Shown: positions 36,563-51,500 of the stretch, in pieces
Layout of the letters: each line of letters starts with the position of its first letter
How positions within the stretch are numbered: position 1 is the stretch's first letter
Source of the DNA: a virus
Lineage: Duplodnaviria > Caudoviricetes
Virus record (IMG/VR): IMGVR_UViG_3300047283_000054
Reading direction: 5' to 3' (one strand)
DNA: 64,000 nucleotides
The notes under the pieces: generated by a model
The model's database searches: none
What the model was told of the DNA's origin: nothing
The model's input: the letters and a program-made list of their open reading frames with translations, nothing else
Translations under genes and position numbers: made by a program

Positions 36563-39500
36563 TTATGGAACATCAGCATTTAAGAAATTAGCACTAAATG
36601 TTGTACTAATTTGTAATGGATCACCGTCTACTAGATTATAGTTGTACGAATTCCAAGTAAGTACATTATAAACAGTAGGTAGTTTATTAGATGACAATAT
36701 ACCATAAACTTCAGAATATTTAGGAATAATTGTCTGTTCTCCGGTTCCGTTAGCACCACGTTGCAATCCTGTCACTGTGTTTGTGTCAAAGTTTACTGTG
36801 GTAAATCCAATCTGCTCACCGTTAACATATATCAAATTACCCAATATGACTGTAATTGTCAATGAGTTTGTTGCAGTAACACCACCAGTTATTTTAAGTA
36901 TCGGGGCTGTTGCTTCAATAGCAATATAATAATTTGCAGGGTCAACAGTCTGAGTAGTGTCATTGTTGTATACAATTACCTGACAAATTGCCTGTTTATC
37001 ACCCTCAAGACCAATACTTATAATTCCGTCAATGTCAGCAGGAGCTACTTCATTTTGAATGATAGTTTCTGTAATCTTAGTCACATCTTCTACGTAAATA
37101 GTATCGTCAGTATCTTGTAGGATTTCAGTCAACCAAGTTCTGGTTAATGTGTTTGCTCTATATACAGACTGTATTCCAGTCTTGTTGACATTTTGTAGAT
37201 ATACTGCTTCATTAGGTGTTGATGTTGGTATCATACTTGTGATAATTACAACATCACCCGGCTCAACTGTTGATAATATACTTAAATTATTATCAGGATT
37301 TAATCTCAATGCACTTGATGGAATACGATAACCATTAACAGTTACCCATAGTCTATCAACATTGCCTTGTTCCCACTGTGATACGTTCATTGAACCAGTG
37401 TCATTAGTCAATGCAAATACATCACCATCACGAACAGCAGTAACTCTGAATGTTGTTGCAGAAGGTTTATCATATACATAATAAATTGCAGTTGCAATTC
37501 CAGTACCTGTACCAACTCCTGTTGCAACAAAGTTAGTCCCTACATTATTATTCAATGCACCTATTAATGTGAAGTCGGTAGTACCTTGACTATTGATTTG
37601 ATATGTGTTGCCTTCTGTGAAACTGCCAGCAGTAACTTCAGATTCTAATCCTCCCAATAAATCAGAACCAGTAAAGATAATTGGTGTTCCTAATATTAGT
37701 TCGGCTGAACTGTCTACTGTTATATTGTTAGTAGATGTAGTTGTGGCAGTAGCAATGGTAGTTGTAATTGTGAATGTTTTATCTAACCAAACATATCCGC
37801 CACCGGTCCAAGTTGATACTACTGTTACTGGATCGTTAATTGCATTTGCTGTAGGATCATATGGGCTATTATATAATGCAAGTTGTGTTGCACTTATGAT
37901 TTTAGCATAGTATGTATTATTGTTTAGTTGAATAGAACCTGTTGTTCCGTCAATTCTAACAATATCGTTTTCTGCTAAGTTATGCGGTACACCAGTTGTA
38001 ATACTTACTGCTGGGTTTCCACCAACTTCAGCTAAAATTGCGCCTGAGTCGTTACCCGGTTCAAATTCACTACCACCGGGTGTTTCTGAGATAATAAAAT
38101 CAAAACTATTAACTACTGATGAGACAAAATATACTGTTCCGTCACATAATACATTGCCATACGGCGTAGATGGTGATGAACTCTTAAATTGAATTGGTTG
38201 ATTAGTAGAGAAACCTGTAGTAGATGAACAGGTAACTATATTTCCAGTGTCGGATACACTTGTAATACCAACTGTAATTGGAGCGGTAATAAGATTGTCT
38301 ACTCCTGATATTGGCGCTACTGTTGGTGGATTAGTGATGCCAATCATTGAACCAAAATCAGTAGTCAATTGTATCGCCGGGCCGCCCGGTGTTTCTGATA
38401 CTGCAAATTCAGTTGAGCTAATAATATTTACTACATAATAAGTTTGGTTAGCAACGATGCCACCAAATACTGTTCCAGTAAATGTGATGGCGTCATTAAT
38501 ATTTAATGAGTTTGTATCACCTGAACTTAGTGTTAAGTAGTCAGGTCCAGGTGACCAAGTTTCGCCCCAACCTATAGCAACTACCCCGTCACCCATACCT
38601 ACACCTGCATCTGCACAAGTAATTACATCACCTACAACGTATACAATCGCACTTGTTCCTGCAATCGTATTCCAGTCAGTTTGTGTAGTAGTGCCTAAAT
38701 CAGTAATAACATATTCAGTTCCTACAATCAATTCTCCTACTATTAACTCTGCATCATAACCCGGTGTATGAGTCGTACTACCTATGTAGAATGAATTAGT
38801 AGTTGATCCAGAGAAAGTTCCACCATACGTAGTATGTAGGTATTGTCTATCAGTTAAGTTATAGCTTGTAACTGCAACAGTATCGCCTGCACTTGTTCCA
38901 AAGTTTAAACTTAGTATTTCTGTATTAAAGTCAATAGTATAATCAGATGTTTCTACTAAGCGTAATCCATTGTATTCAACAATAGCATTTTTAGCATTAT
39001 CGCCACCTACGTAATTAGACAAAGTGAATTCCGTAACAGCAGTATTAAGGTTGAATAACTCTACTTCTGGTAGACTGTAGCCGTATTGAATTGGTGCAGT
39101 CTCTCCAAATACAGACAATACTACAAAATCGTTAGTCTGGTCATATTGATTAGCAAATACCATTTTAGCTGATGTACCTACGTCAGCAATAGTAATAGCA
39201 TAATCATTTGTAATACATAATGCTATACCGGTCGCATCGGCCAATATTACACTAGGTCCACCTAAAGTCAATGATACTGTAAATTCAAATCCAGTAATCG
39301 AAGTAATATAGTACTGTTGATGTGCAGTTAAACCACAAGATACAAATGAACCGGTCTCAATAGCATCACTGAATATAACAGTGTCACCTACATCATAGTG
39401 GTCAGTACTGTTGACTACTACCTTGTTTGTTCCGCTCTTTGTTTCAGAAACAATACCTTGTTCACCTAATACAAGTTCAGTACCATTATGAACTACCACA

Positions 39501-42500
39501 GGATCTGTCCAAACTAAACCATTAGTTGATTGAATATTAACTAACATTGTCCCAGTAGCGGATGTAACATCAAATGTAGGGCCTGCTATACCACTTGACA
39601 CTGATGCCGATACGGTTATCTTGTTAGTTATATAACTTATTGTCTTTATCCAATATGTAGTATCGGATACTATTCCACCAAACACTGCACCTTGGAATGT
39701 TATAGGTGCATTTACTGCAAAATAATCCACTGACTCACATACGATGCCATTATCAAGCGCATCCGTTTCAATTGCGTTAACTGATTTTGGATCAGTATTT
39801 GGTCTTATTATACCAGAACCATTAAATCTATTAGCAGAATAATTACAGTTCAATGGCATCTCAACAAAGCCAGTTGATTCATTATCAACAAACGGTATAG
39901 TCTGTGAATTAGCTTTAACTAATTGATTACCATTACCTACTTCATATAAATCTAGTCTTAGTGTATGGTCTACTGATAAAGCTGTACCAATTGTAACTAC
40001 TTTGTTAACCCAATCAACAGTAAAATCATAAATTCTTATACTAGTATTTGTTGCAGTTGTAATATCAAACAATGACATATTTGCAGGATTCTCCACAACA
40101 CCTTCAAATGAGAATTCTGTTTGACCAGAGTCTGGAACTATCTCAGTAGAAACAACATTATAACCAACGTGTCCGTATATTGCCGCATCCCAGTCAGTTC
40201 CGGGTCTTGTTGTAACAACCATTGTTAAGTTATCAGTTACTACGCCAGGAACTAATTCTTCTGGACCGTAACCTGCAGTAAATGCGTCACCCTGTACATC
40301 ATATACAGTAGGATTAGTTGAGAATACTGATGAACTAGTCCAATCGCTACCATTACTGCTTGTAATGATAACATTGTCTTCTCCTGTCACTACCCATTCT
40401 CCATCATCGCTGTTATATGTTATACCATTTAAATCTTTTGTTGTACCTGACGTTTCAGGTGTCCAAGTATAACCATCGCTTGATGTTTTAATAACACCAT
40501 TGTTACCGACAGCCATAAACAATGAGTTAGCATACAACACATCGTTTAATGTAGCACCTGTTGGGTAGATATACATAAATGTCGTAGATGTTGGGCTTAC
40601 TCCTGACAATGTGATCGGTGATCCACCTTCTGTTGTGCTTACTTGTATTTGAGTAGCAGATACTATATCAACTATATAATAACTTGTAGAAGATGATATC
40701 ACATCAAATGATGTGGTAAATCTAACTTCATCATCAATTGCGAATCCTGTAGTGCTACCAACGTTAATAACGTTAGTACTTGAGTTTACACTGATAACAT
40801 TAGATTCATTTACGCCTGCCCAATTTGCGCCATTCAATGATGTATATATTACTCCATCATCACCTACAGCAACAATCGTTGAACTGCTTGATGTGACACC
40901 GTTAAAGCCCTTATATGATACGACAGGAAGTGTAGTCCAAACGTATCCATCTGAACTGATTTTAATAACATTTGTTCCTTGCGTAGATCCGGATATTATC
41001 TCTTGACCATTACCCACAGATATAAAACCTACATAGCTAGGTATGTTTACATACGCTACACTGTTTAAATTATTTACTAATCCATTAGTAAACGTATCTA
41101 CTTGCGCCCAAGAGAACGTATCAGTTGATAATACAATGTTTTCTCCTACTGCAATCCAAATAGCATTTCCATAAGCAACACTTGATAGTGAAGTGCTATC
41201 TACTGTTAGTGATCCTGTACCACCAGCAGATGTTGTGAATACGATACCATCAGTACTTGTGTAAATTGGCGTTGTTGGATTATTACAAGTAACAACAAAC
41301 ATACTATCAGCATAAACAATATCAGTTGCATTTATCGGAGTGTTAACTATTTTGTTAACTGTCCAGGATGTTGCGTCAGAACTTAATATAGATGCTGTAT
41401 AGTCAGGAGTGTTTATCACTCCAACATATCTTGTACCATTCCAAGAAATAGCAACAGTATCTACACTTGTTGGGTAGAATGGTTGGTCTTGTAATATAGT
41501 ATCTAATGTATATTGATCTTCTGGAGCAAATGCATTATCTAAATATGTGCTATTTGGATAAGTAATGCCTTCAATCAATTGTGTTAAATCTACACCAGGC
41601 ATATTAACTGTAGGGTCATAGTAACCAATGATACGATCCAACTCATTGAGTTTTCTACTACCACTATTTAATAATTCCCATTTACCTATAATGAATTCAT
41701 TATCATTGTTACTGATAATACATTGCCATACTTGATTGTTATACTTAACGATACTTTGATTGAAGTAGAATGGCTCTGGTAAGAATACATAATCACCCAA
41801 TGTGTATTCTGTTTCTAATACTAGACCATCCACTGGTACAGTCAATAAAGGATTAGCGTATACTTCACATTCAGTTGCAGAAATTACTTTTAAGTAATAT
41901 TGACGTACTATACCTGCAGGAGTACCAGAACCAATCACACTTGTAACATTTCCGTCTGATTCTATTGGCAATAAGAAATCATAATTTGGATTAGCGTTAG
42001 CAACTATTACGTCAATCCCGTTAACAGTTAATACTAAGTCATTTAATGGGCTTGTTCCACCTAAAAGAGCTCCGGAGATAGTGATAGTGTTATCAAACGT
42101 ATATCCTGAACCTTGATTTACTACATCGATAGTATAGCCTCCCAGTTTCTTACCAACATTGAATGTTGGTGGTGAACTTGTATCAGGATCTTGAGTAAAG
42201 ACTGTTTCCAATATTTCATCGGTTAATCCGATTGCAGGATCACCTAACGTGTCTGTCAATGTTATGTAAGGATTATCTGCGGTTAGTGTCATTTGACCAT
42301 TGTCAGTAGTTAATACAAGGTCACTACCTCCTATTGTGTCAGTAATAGTAAATGTGTCTCCACCTAAATCATAACTATTAATAAAATATGTTACCAATGC
42401 AACTACATTACCAAACACTGCACCAGAGAATGATATTGGCATACCAATATAGAATCCGGTCGTTAGTGTACCTGAGGCTAATGTGTATTCATTAGTAGAA

Positions 42501-45500
42501 GAAGATGAGCTAGCTACTTCGACAGCTAATGCACTATTAGACACAACATAATAAGTAGTGCCTGCAGTCAATCCACCGATGCTTTCAGACAACACAAACG
42601 GTAAGTTGTTGTATATGTTTGTTAGTCCACCACTTAGATATCTCAAATATAAATAATTGCCATTACTGGTAGAGGCTACTGTATCTCTTGTTACTAAATT
42701 ACCGTTAGTTCCCGATACACCAGTACCTACACTTGCTACAGTTGGGTAGAACGTAAACAATTGGCCAGTAACTTGTCCTGGACTTACTGGTAGTCCAACG
42801 TTCATTGTCATTGAACCTGTTGCAGTTGTTAATTGTAACGCAGTAGCTTGGCTAGTTAATGTGCAACTACCTGTTCCAGTACTCAACGTAGTCACCGGTC
42901 CGTTAATAATAGTTGATAACGTTATTTGTGTACCATTGAAAATACTTGCCACATAATAAATTTGTCCTGCAACAAGACCACCAAATACTGTTCCAGTAAA
43001 GATTATCGGGTCATTCACACTTAATTCTAATGTAGATCCAACTGTTACTAAGTTAGTTGTTACCGTAGTATTAGTTGCTGTTAATATTAAAGGATCATTT
43101 GTTGTTGATATAGTAAATGTTTCACTATCTATAACAGTTATGATATAATAGGTTTCATTTTCGATGATGCCACCAAATACATTTCCAACAAAGTATACAG
43201 GTAGACCAACATAGAAGCCACTAGTTCCTGCAGTACCTGTTGGTAGTGTTGGGGTTGTTATAAAATTAGTTGTTAATTCTGTTGCGGTTACATCTAATAT
43301 GCCAGGATATGCTATAGTTACAACTGCGGTATTTGTTACTTCACCAACGTAGCAAGACATACCGGCTGCGGTAACTGTATAGTCAGTTAATGGCAATACT
43401 GAACCACTAACAGTAGTTGATATTGAGAAATCACTTTCATTTATAACGTCAGCTACATAGTAGGTAGTATTATTTGTAATTACTGGACCCACTGCACCAG
43501 TAAATTTAACTGGCATACCTACATAGAAGCCAATTGTTGATCCGGAAGCATTTGGTTGAGTACTATCGTAAGTTAGTCTTACAAAATAACGTTTCTCATC
43601 ATCAGGTACACCTGGACCAGCATCTACTGTTTCACCTACTTGACGAATAAATGATGACCATGTAAGTACCTGGTCATTTGCAATATCTTGTATTTCAAAT
43701 GTTGCACCTTGTGCGCTAGCTAAAATATCATCGACCGGTGGCTGAGTTTGTTCTAATGTAATAGCAGAACTTGCAATTCGTGTGCTGTTGTTAAATAATC
43801 CAGCATAAAAACTACCATAGAAATTGTCAGGTGCCCATTCAGTTACTTGAGAATCATACGTTGTTCTATCAAAGCGTAATGTTACGATATTTTCTCTAAT
43901 TGGTGTTGATGTTGATACACAACTTGCTCTTGCACTTACTGCAATATTATTATTACTTCCAGTTCCAGTTCCAGTGAGTACTACTCTATCATGGTCTTGT
44001 AATGCATTTGCATAACTTGTATACAATGCAACAACATAGAAAGGAGTATTTTCTAATACGGCAAGATAATAATATTGACCATCATCTAATCCACCCACTG
44101 CAGTGGTATTAGTACCTACATAATACTGTATTAAATCACCTGTCTGAACAAATTGAGTTTGTAATGTAATTGTATTGGTTAATAAATCAACATCTGTATT
44201 AGCAAACGTTACAATCTCACTTGGGTCAATGCGAATCTCCGGCAATACTTGATAGCCCTCACCTGGATCAATTACATCAATACGTAGAATTGTATCTAAG
44301 TTCATCACAGGTTGTAATATAGCCGCACGTCTTGGTGCTGGATATATAGTTGTATCAATATACGCAGTGACCTTTGGTGGTTCAGCATAACCTCTACCGC
44401 CATTCAATAACAATACAGGAGGTAAGTCAATGATAATTTGTTCACCAGGAAGATGATTTGTTATAGTAGTACCGTTAACTCCACGAGTCAATCCACTTAG
44501 TGTGCTATATGCTCTATCAACGCTACTGTATGCAATTTCTTCTGTACCAATTAGTATAACACCTGTAGTTGGGAAGCCGAATACATTATCAACAACCATT
44601 GATGTGCTATTCAATGTCAAATATGATAATAATAAAGTGATTGGATAATCATTTACTCCGGTAATACTTAAGCCTTGATTATTAAACCAATTAATGTAAG
44701 GCTGAGTTTGCCAGATAGGATCAGTTGGCAAGTATTGATTGATACCACTTGGATTAGCATATACTAATTCAGGAGTAATATACTGTTGAAACTGTGTGTT
44801 ATACTGTGCAGGTAAATCAAAATCAGTTATCTCACCTTCATACACATCAGTACCAGTATATTTAAATAAGAAGTCTTTGATTACCACGTGGTAAGGTTTA
44901 GCTTCATTCAAGTAGCCTGACAAGAATTCTTGGTTATCACTTTGGAATACTTCCAATGGTAACAATTCACGTATAGTGTGTCCAACATCAATAAATGAAG
45001 TTTTGTTTAACCAAGGTAAATAATTTTGACTTTCTATAGTTTCACTAACAATATAATTGAACATCAAAATTAATGATTTATTTCTGAACAATAATAAATT
45101 GCTAGGTAATTCTTCATTCACTGCACGAATGATACTACGTGTTTCTTCACTTGGAAAAGTATCAAATGGTGTTGTGTCAAAGAAGTTATCACCAAATCCT
45201 ATTCGTGCTTCTGCATAATCCCATAATGAACTACTAAACTGTATTGTACCATTTTGCAATCCAATACGAACCCACTCAATTCCATCATACACATATGTTT
45301 CTTGTAATCCGTCACCATTATTATTAACAGTAACAATCAGTCCAAGTTGAGCATTGATTGGAGCTAAATCATAATATGATTCCACTAACATAGCAGACTT
45401 GGTATTATCATTGTAACCAGGAGCCCACCAGTTAATCAATTCCCAATAGTCTTGTGTATTGTAGAATAATTCCGGTGCACCAGGCCAATTTGGATTATCA

Positions 45501-48500
45501 ACTGTAGAAGGATTGATTGCACCTTCTGTGAATAAGAATTTCAAACTGCTTGTTTCTGCTAATGGATACTGTGCTAATACTGTGTTATAGAATTGCAAAT
45601 AGTTTTCTAATGCTTTAAATCTATTGTAGAAGAAACTTTGACGAGGGCGTACTAATATACCACTCTGTACTGGTTTTGGTAAGAATGGATCAGGAACAAC
45701 TGCACCGGTTTGATTGACACCGCTGAAGCTTTCAAGCAGTCTATTATACAATGATTCTGGTACTACTGTATCTCCTATGCCAGGTATACCTGGTAAGAAG
45801 TCATCAGCATAATTAGAACGTATTAAACTATAAACACTGTGCGAAACATCGTCATTTGTACCAGTAGCAAATCCAATATGCATTGCGGTGTCAGTATCAT
45901 TGATATTACTACTACAATTATATAAACCAAATACATTTGGTTGTATTGCTGCCATATATGAAATGCCAGTAGATAATGGTGTAGCAACATATGATTCACA
46001 TATTGTATCCGATAATGTTTTTCCTATTTGAGTAAACACTAAGTTAGTGTTTCTTACCCAATAGTAATACACAGGCACAAGAGCACCGGTACTATTCAAT
46101 CTATATTCAATTGCATAGTCATCAATACTACGAGGTGTGCCTGGTCCTTGATATGCGATTGGTTCTACATCACTGGTAACCCAGCTATATACTTTAACAT
46201 CACTGCCGGGGAATACTCTACCCCACCATTTACTATTGTAAACAACATCATCACTTTGATGATAGTTTACAAATCGTGTAGTGCTTGTGTCGAACCATAA
46301 CTTACCTAATTGTCCTGGACCCCATACGGTAGAACCTTTATTCGTTGCATCGGGACTATTGTAATTTGCAGGGTCAGTGTTAGATACTATGTCTAAATTC
46401 TCACGTACTGCGCCTAATAATTTACCTTGCAACGGATCAATATAATCTAAATTGTCTAACGTATTGTTAGTTGAGACACTATATAACTGCACGTTTTGTA
46501 TAGCCTCAGTATCAACGATTGGTGCAGAATTACGATACACTGTCCAATCAGCTTCACCTGTACTATTGTTATAAATTACTACTTGACCATTATCATATCC
46601 AGGTCTGAAGTTAGGTGTACCAATGATAACACTGTTATTATTAAAATCTAACGCTGTACCATAATATGGTTGGCTACCATAATCTTCATTCAATGCATTA
46701 ACGCTTTGAGCATATACATACGCACCAGAGTTATTTACATTTTCATTGTAGACAGGCAAGTAATCATACATATACACTGCGCCTGCATTAACAAAACTAT
46801 CTATGAACTGTGTTGTATTGTTATCAAACAATGTATCATTGTCATAATTTTCATCATCACTTGCATCAAATGTTGTTTCTGCATAACGTGCTGATGCCGG
46901 CGCACTTACTACAAATGAACCACTTGAGTTAAACTTGATTGTAGAACCAAATTGTGTTCTACCTTGACTATGCGGGTCATTAATTAATTGTGTTTGTGTA
47001 TATAACTGTATACCCAATTGGTCTAATACATCGGCATCTAAAACTGATACAGTTAACTTAGCATTGACAAATGCTAAATCTACACTGATAACTTGAATAG
47101 TTAAAATGTTATTTGAAGCAGATGCAGTAACGTTTGTAATGTTTGCAGAAGTAATAGCATTAGCGGTAGTTGTTGCATTACCTGCGGGAATAGCTACTGC
47201 ATACCCGTTTACTAATATTGTAGTAGCTGAAGTTATATTACATTCAGTAGTGCCGGTAACTATACCATAACTACTACCGCCATATGTATAACGATAAACA
47301 GCACCTTCAGCATTTTGACTGTTAATTTCAAACGGTGCACCAATCAACAATTCATTTGCGTAAGTGTCTACATCTAAACTATAACCAAAGTTTGTTCCAA
47401 CTTCAGGATTAGCATCAACTGATGTGAATTCTTGTGTTAATACAAATTCAGAACCGCTTACAGTAATGATATCACCTGCAGTTAATGATTGGTAAACATT
47501 TATTGTTGAACCAACAATAGCATAGTTATTATCCGCAATTAGAGTTCCATTGACACTTACAAAGATTGGTTCAACTTGTGCAACCAATGTCATTGTACCG
47601 GAAGAATTTAATAACGTTACAACTGCACCACCTCTTGTTAATGATAATGTTACAGTGGAACCAACAATAGTTTTAATATAATAAACTTGATTTAATGATA
47701 CATTGCCAAATACGGTACCAGTAAACACCACTGGCATATTAACCACCAAACCAGTAACGTCATCTAATGTAATAGCATTGCTTGTTATACTTGATGCTTC
47801 TGGTGTTAGTGTGGCTGGTGTAAATATCAAACTAAACGTTTGTGGGGCAAACGGTGAACTATTGTACGGTGCCTCAAATGTTTGTACTAATCTTTCAAAC
47901 GTGTAAGCTGTACCCAAATCAGCAACAACAGTATCATTTTCTGGCGCACTAACAGCTACAATGTTACCATAATAGTTTGTAGCAAGTGAATAACCAAAAT
48001 TGTCACCTGCACTTAATCCGGCAACTGTAATTGTGTCAGATAATTCATATAAAGTAGTTAAAGCAGATTTACGATAGACATAAACTAAATTCTGTTCATA
48101 TGCAGAGATGTATAGCCAATTTTGGTCACCAGATAATGCGATTGAAGAACCCCAGTTGGTTACAGAATCGTCATCAGGTGATTCAATTACTTGTACTTCT
48201 TGTAATTCATTAACTAAATTGTTAATTACCAAATCGTAAATATAAACTTTTCTGTCAGTATAGGCTGCACCAGTTGGTTGTGATATTACAAATAAGTTAT
48301 CTGTGTATGCAATCGTAGAACCAAACGAAACATCCTCAGTAATTGTTTGTACGATACTGTAAGAATCGAAAACCGGGCTATAAGAATAACGATATGCAAC
48401 ACCATTATCAGCATCAGTTATCAAATATCCTAAATTACTTGTTTGTGCAACTGCACTACCATATGTTAATGAATTAGTTTTTAATAATTCATCTTCATAT

Positions 48501-51500
48501 ACATAGTTTAAACTTTTACGATATACAGCCCAAGAGCCATCATCATTTTCATCAACCCAAACTTTATTCTTTACAAATTCGCTATCAAGTAAAGGTAAGT
48601 TATTAATATCACTTGGTGTAGCTACACGTTGAGATGAGAATTTCATCGCAACACCTTCACCGGTGATTGTTGTCAATGCCGATGATAAGCTTAATAGAAT
48701 AGTTACTCTAAATGGATCTACTACTGTTGCGACAATTCTGTAACCATCAATATTACTATTAAAATTAACAATAGCAAATGGTTGGTATTTTGCTAAGTTG
48801 TGCGGTGTTGCAAACTGTAATGTAACAGTTCCATTTAAGTTATTAATTGCACCCACTACTTGTCCGGCACTTGTTGGAGTATATACTTGCCAAGTACTGT
48901 TATAATCAGCTAACCATACGTATTCATTTACATATAACTGTGATAGAGGAGTCGTTGCAGTATTCAATCCATTGTAATAGTATGATGAAATTTTAACATC
49001 ATTAAAATTAGGATAACCTGCATCCGGGAATACTCTATTTGGTGTGTCTGACGGTAAAGTGGGTAATACATTTGGATTATTTATAGGTCTGCCATAATTG
49101 AAAACTGAGTACAGAGGTACTTCTTGTTCTACACCATCAGTATATACACCGGTAGTAAGTCCAACAATAGATGGATTACCTGTTAATTGATTTTGATTTA
49201 ATCTAAAGTCAACAAAGTTGTTGTTTAATACACCACCAAACTCACCTGTCTTTATGGCCCAGTTTTCATACACATCATAATCAATACCACCTTGTGGTAA
49301 AGTTAATCCTTTAAAACTATTTGCCGCAATTCGTGTACCTTTTTCTTTAATAAGGTTTTTATAAACATTAACCTGTGTTATGTCTGTCAAATCAGCTAAT
49401 GCCAAGTAATCACGTGGTCTATATCCAATCAATGACCAACTTAATAAGTCACTATCTTGGTCTAAATTAGTTTTGTTCGTATCATAAAACAACGTAGATT
49501 CATATGAACGTGTAGAACTATTAGGTAGTAATCCTTTTTGAATTTCGTTGTAGTCTGTTTCTTTCCAATACTGTTCTTCAAATATATCTTTTGCATTTAA
49601 TACTTTTAATGCAAACCAATATTTGTTTTTATACTCAACAATACTACCTCTGGTATATTTTTGATTAGGACTCCATTCTTCAATATTATCTTGATTAAGA
49701 ATAAAGCCCTGTGCATCAATTGTACCATTCCAATCAGCAGATTTTGTACCTCTTGTTAAGATACGAGTTTGTCTTAAACCGGTTGTTAAATTATATAATA
49801 CGTCATTGAATACTGTAACATTATCAAATACAATACCATGTTCAAAATTACTAATGTTAAACTGACCATAAGCAACGGTATCACCTTCATTTAATGGTGT
49901 TGCGCTGAAGAACGTACTGTCACGTGTTACAGATAATTCATTGCTTTGTATTGGATAGAAATTTTGATTTAAAATAAAGTTTTGTCTTTGTAGAGTTAAT
50001 GGTTGAACTACATGACTCTCTTTATTAATAGTAATCAAATTAGCGGCTGGGTTTAAGTTAACTAAACTTCCTGTTTCCCATCCACTCTGTGCCCAGTATA
50101 ATAATTCTGTAACCATTTGACGCCAGTTAACATCTATGCCAGATTCAATCTGGTCGAATAATACACCTTGCGTTAATAAATATGTTCCATAGCTGGCTAT
50201 AAATTGACTTAATGATTGTAAGTCAACAAACTCAGTTCCGTATGGTACTATATTAGTTTTGTTTTCAACATAGTCATTTGCCAATTGAACTGATAAATTA
50301 CCCACCGTAACTTTATTATAATTGCCATTAATCTTAGGAGTTACTGTAGTAAAGTACGCAGTATCTTGTGAGTTACCAAATACTTTCCAACCAGCGTTTG
50401 TACTTTGCACAACAACGCCGCTATAAATTAATGTGGTGATAGGTATGTTATCATACAACACCACACTATAACTTTCGTCAGGAATTAACAATGATGCATT
50501 TCTACTGTTTGGTGTTCCTTTTTCAACATAGAAACCAAGTAAACTCTTATCACTAAATCCTGCCAATCTATAAATTAATCTTACGTCTAAATTATCAAAC
50601 AAGTCTGTAATGTTTTGTGTTGCATTAATACCAACTTGCTTTTCATAATCAACTATCCAGTTTATATAACTTGTTTTAGGTGTTCCGTTGCCATAGATAG
50701 CAACATCACTAATCACTAAGTGACTGCGATTATTAACAAGATACTGGTTAAATTCAGTACTGAATTTGTAGTTGTCTACATCAAACCCTAAGTTAAAGAA
50801 TTGTGCAGGTTTAGTAAGGGCAAGAATCTTCATCAAGTCAAAAGGCCAACTACTGCTTCTACGATATGAGAATTCAACCGGGCCTACATCTCCCACAGCC
50901 CATTCATTTTTAAATGTTCGGAAATTGTAATTACCCATTACTGCGTCAAACGGTGACAATAAATTACCGGAACTGTCTACTGGAATAACACTTAATAGTT
51001 CTTCTCTGATAAATTCAGGAAGCACTACTGGATCACCGTTGTTCCAATTAATGCCGGCTGCCATATCACCCCATAATACTAAGTTATCACTTGTGTATGG
51101 GGCGGCTCCGTATCTATCATTCCACCAAGTTGGCTGATTTGTAAAACCAATCATTTCCCAAGGGGTAGTTTCCGGCGTACTTGTATCATAGAAGTACTCA
51201 TATATACCTCTCCAAAATCCTTGCGGGATTGGTTGTCCATTAATTCTATTACCAGACTGAGTGTAGTTGTAACTAAATTGGTCGTTGGGTTGATAAAATT
51301 GTTTTTTATATTCAACACGATTCTGACCAACCCAATTTAAGAAGTATTGACTGTATATTTGTAAGACTTCATCATATGAGTAGTTGGTTGTTCTAAAGAA
51401 TCCAGGAATAACATCATATTCAGTAATAGGAACAATATCTGTTAATTTAAGATTGTTATAAACACGTGTTTCAAATTCTAATAATGCTTGGTCTCTAAAA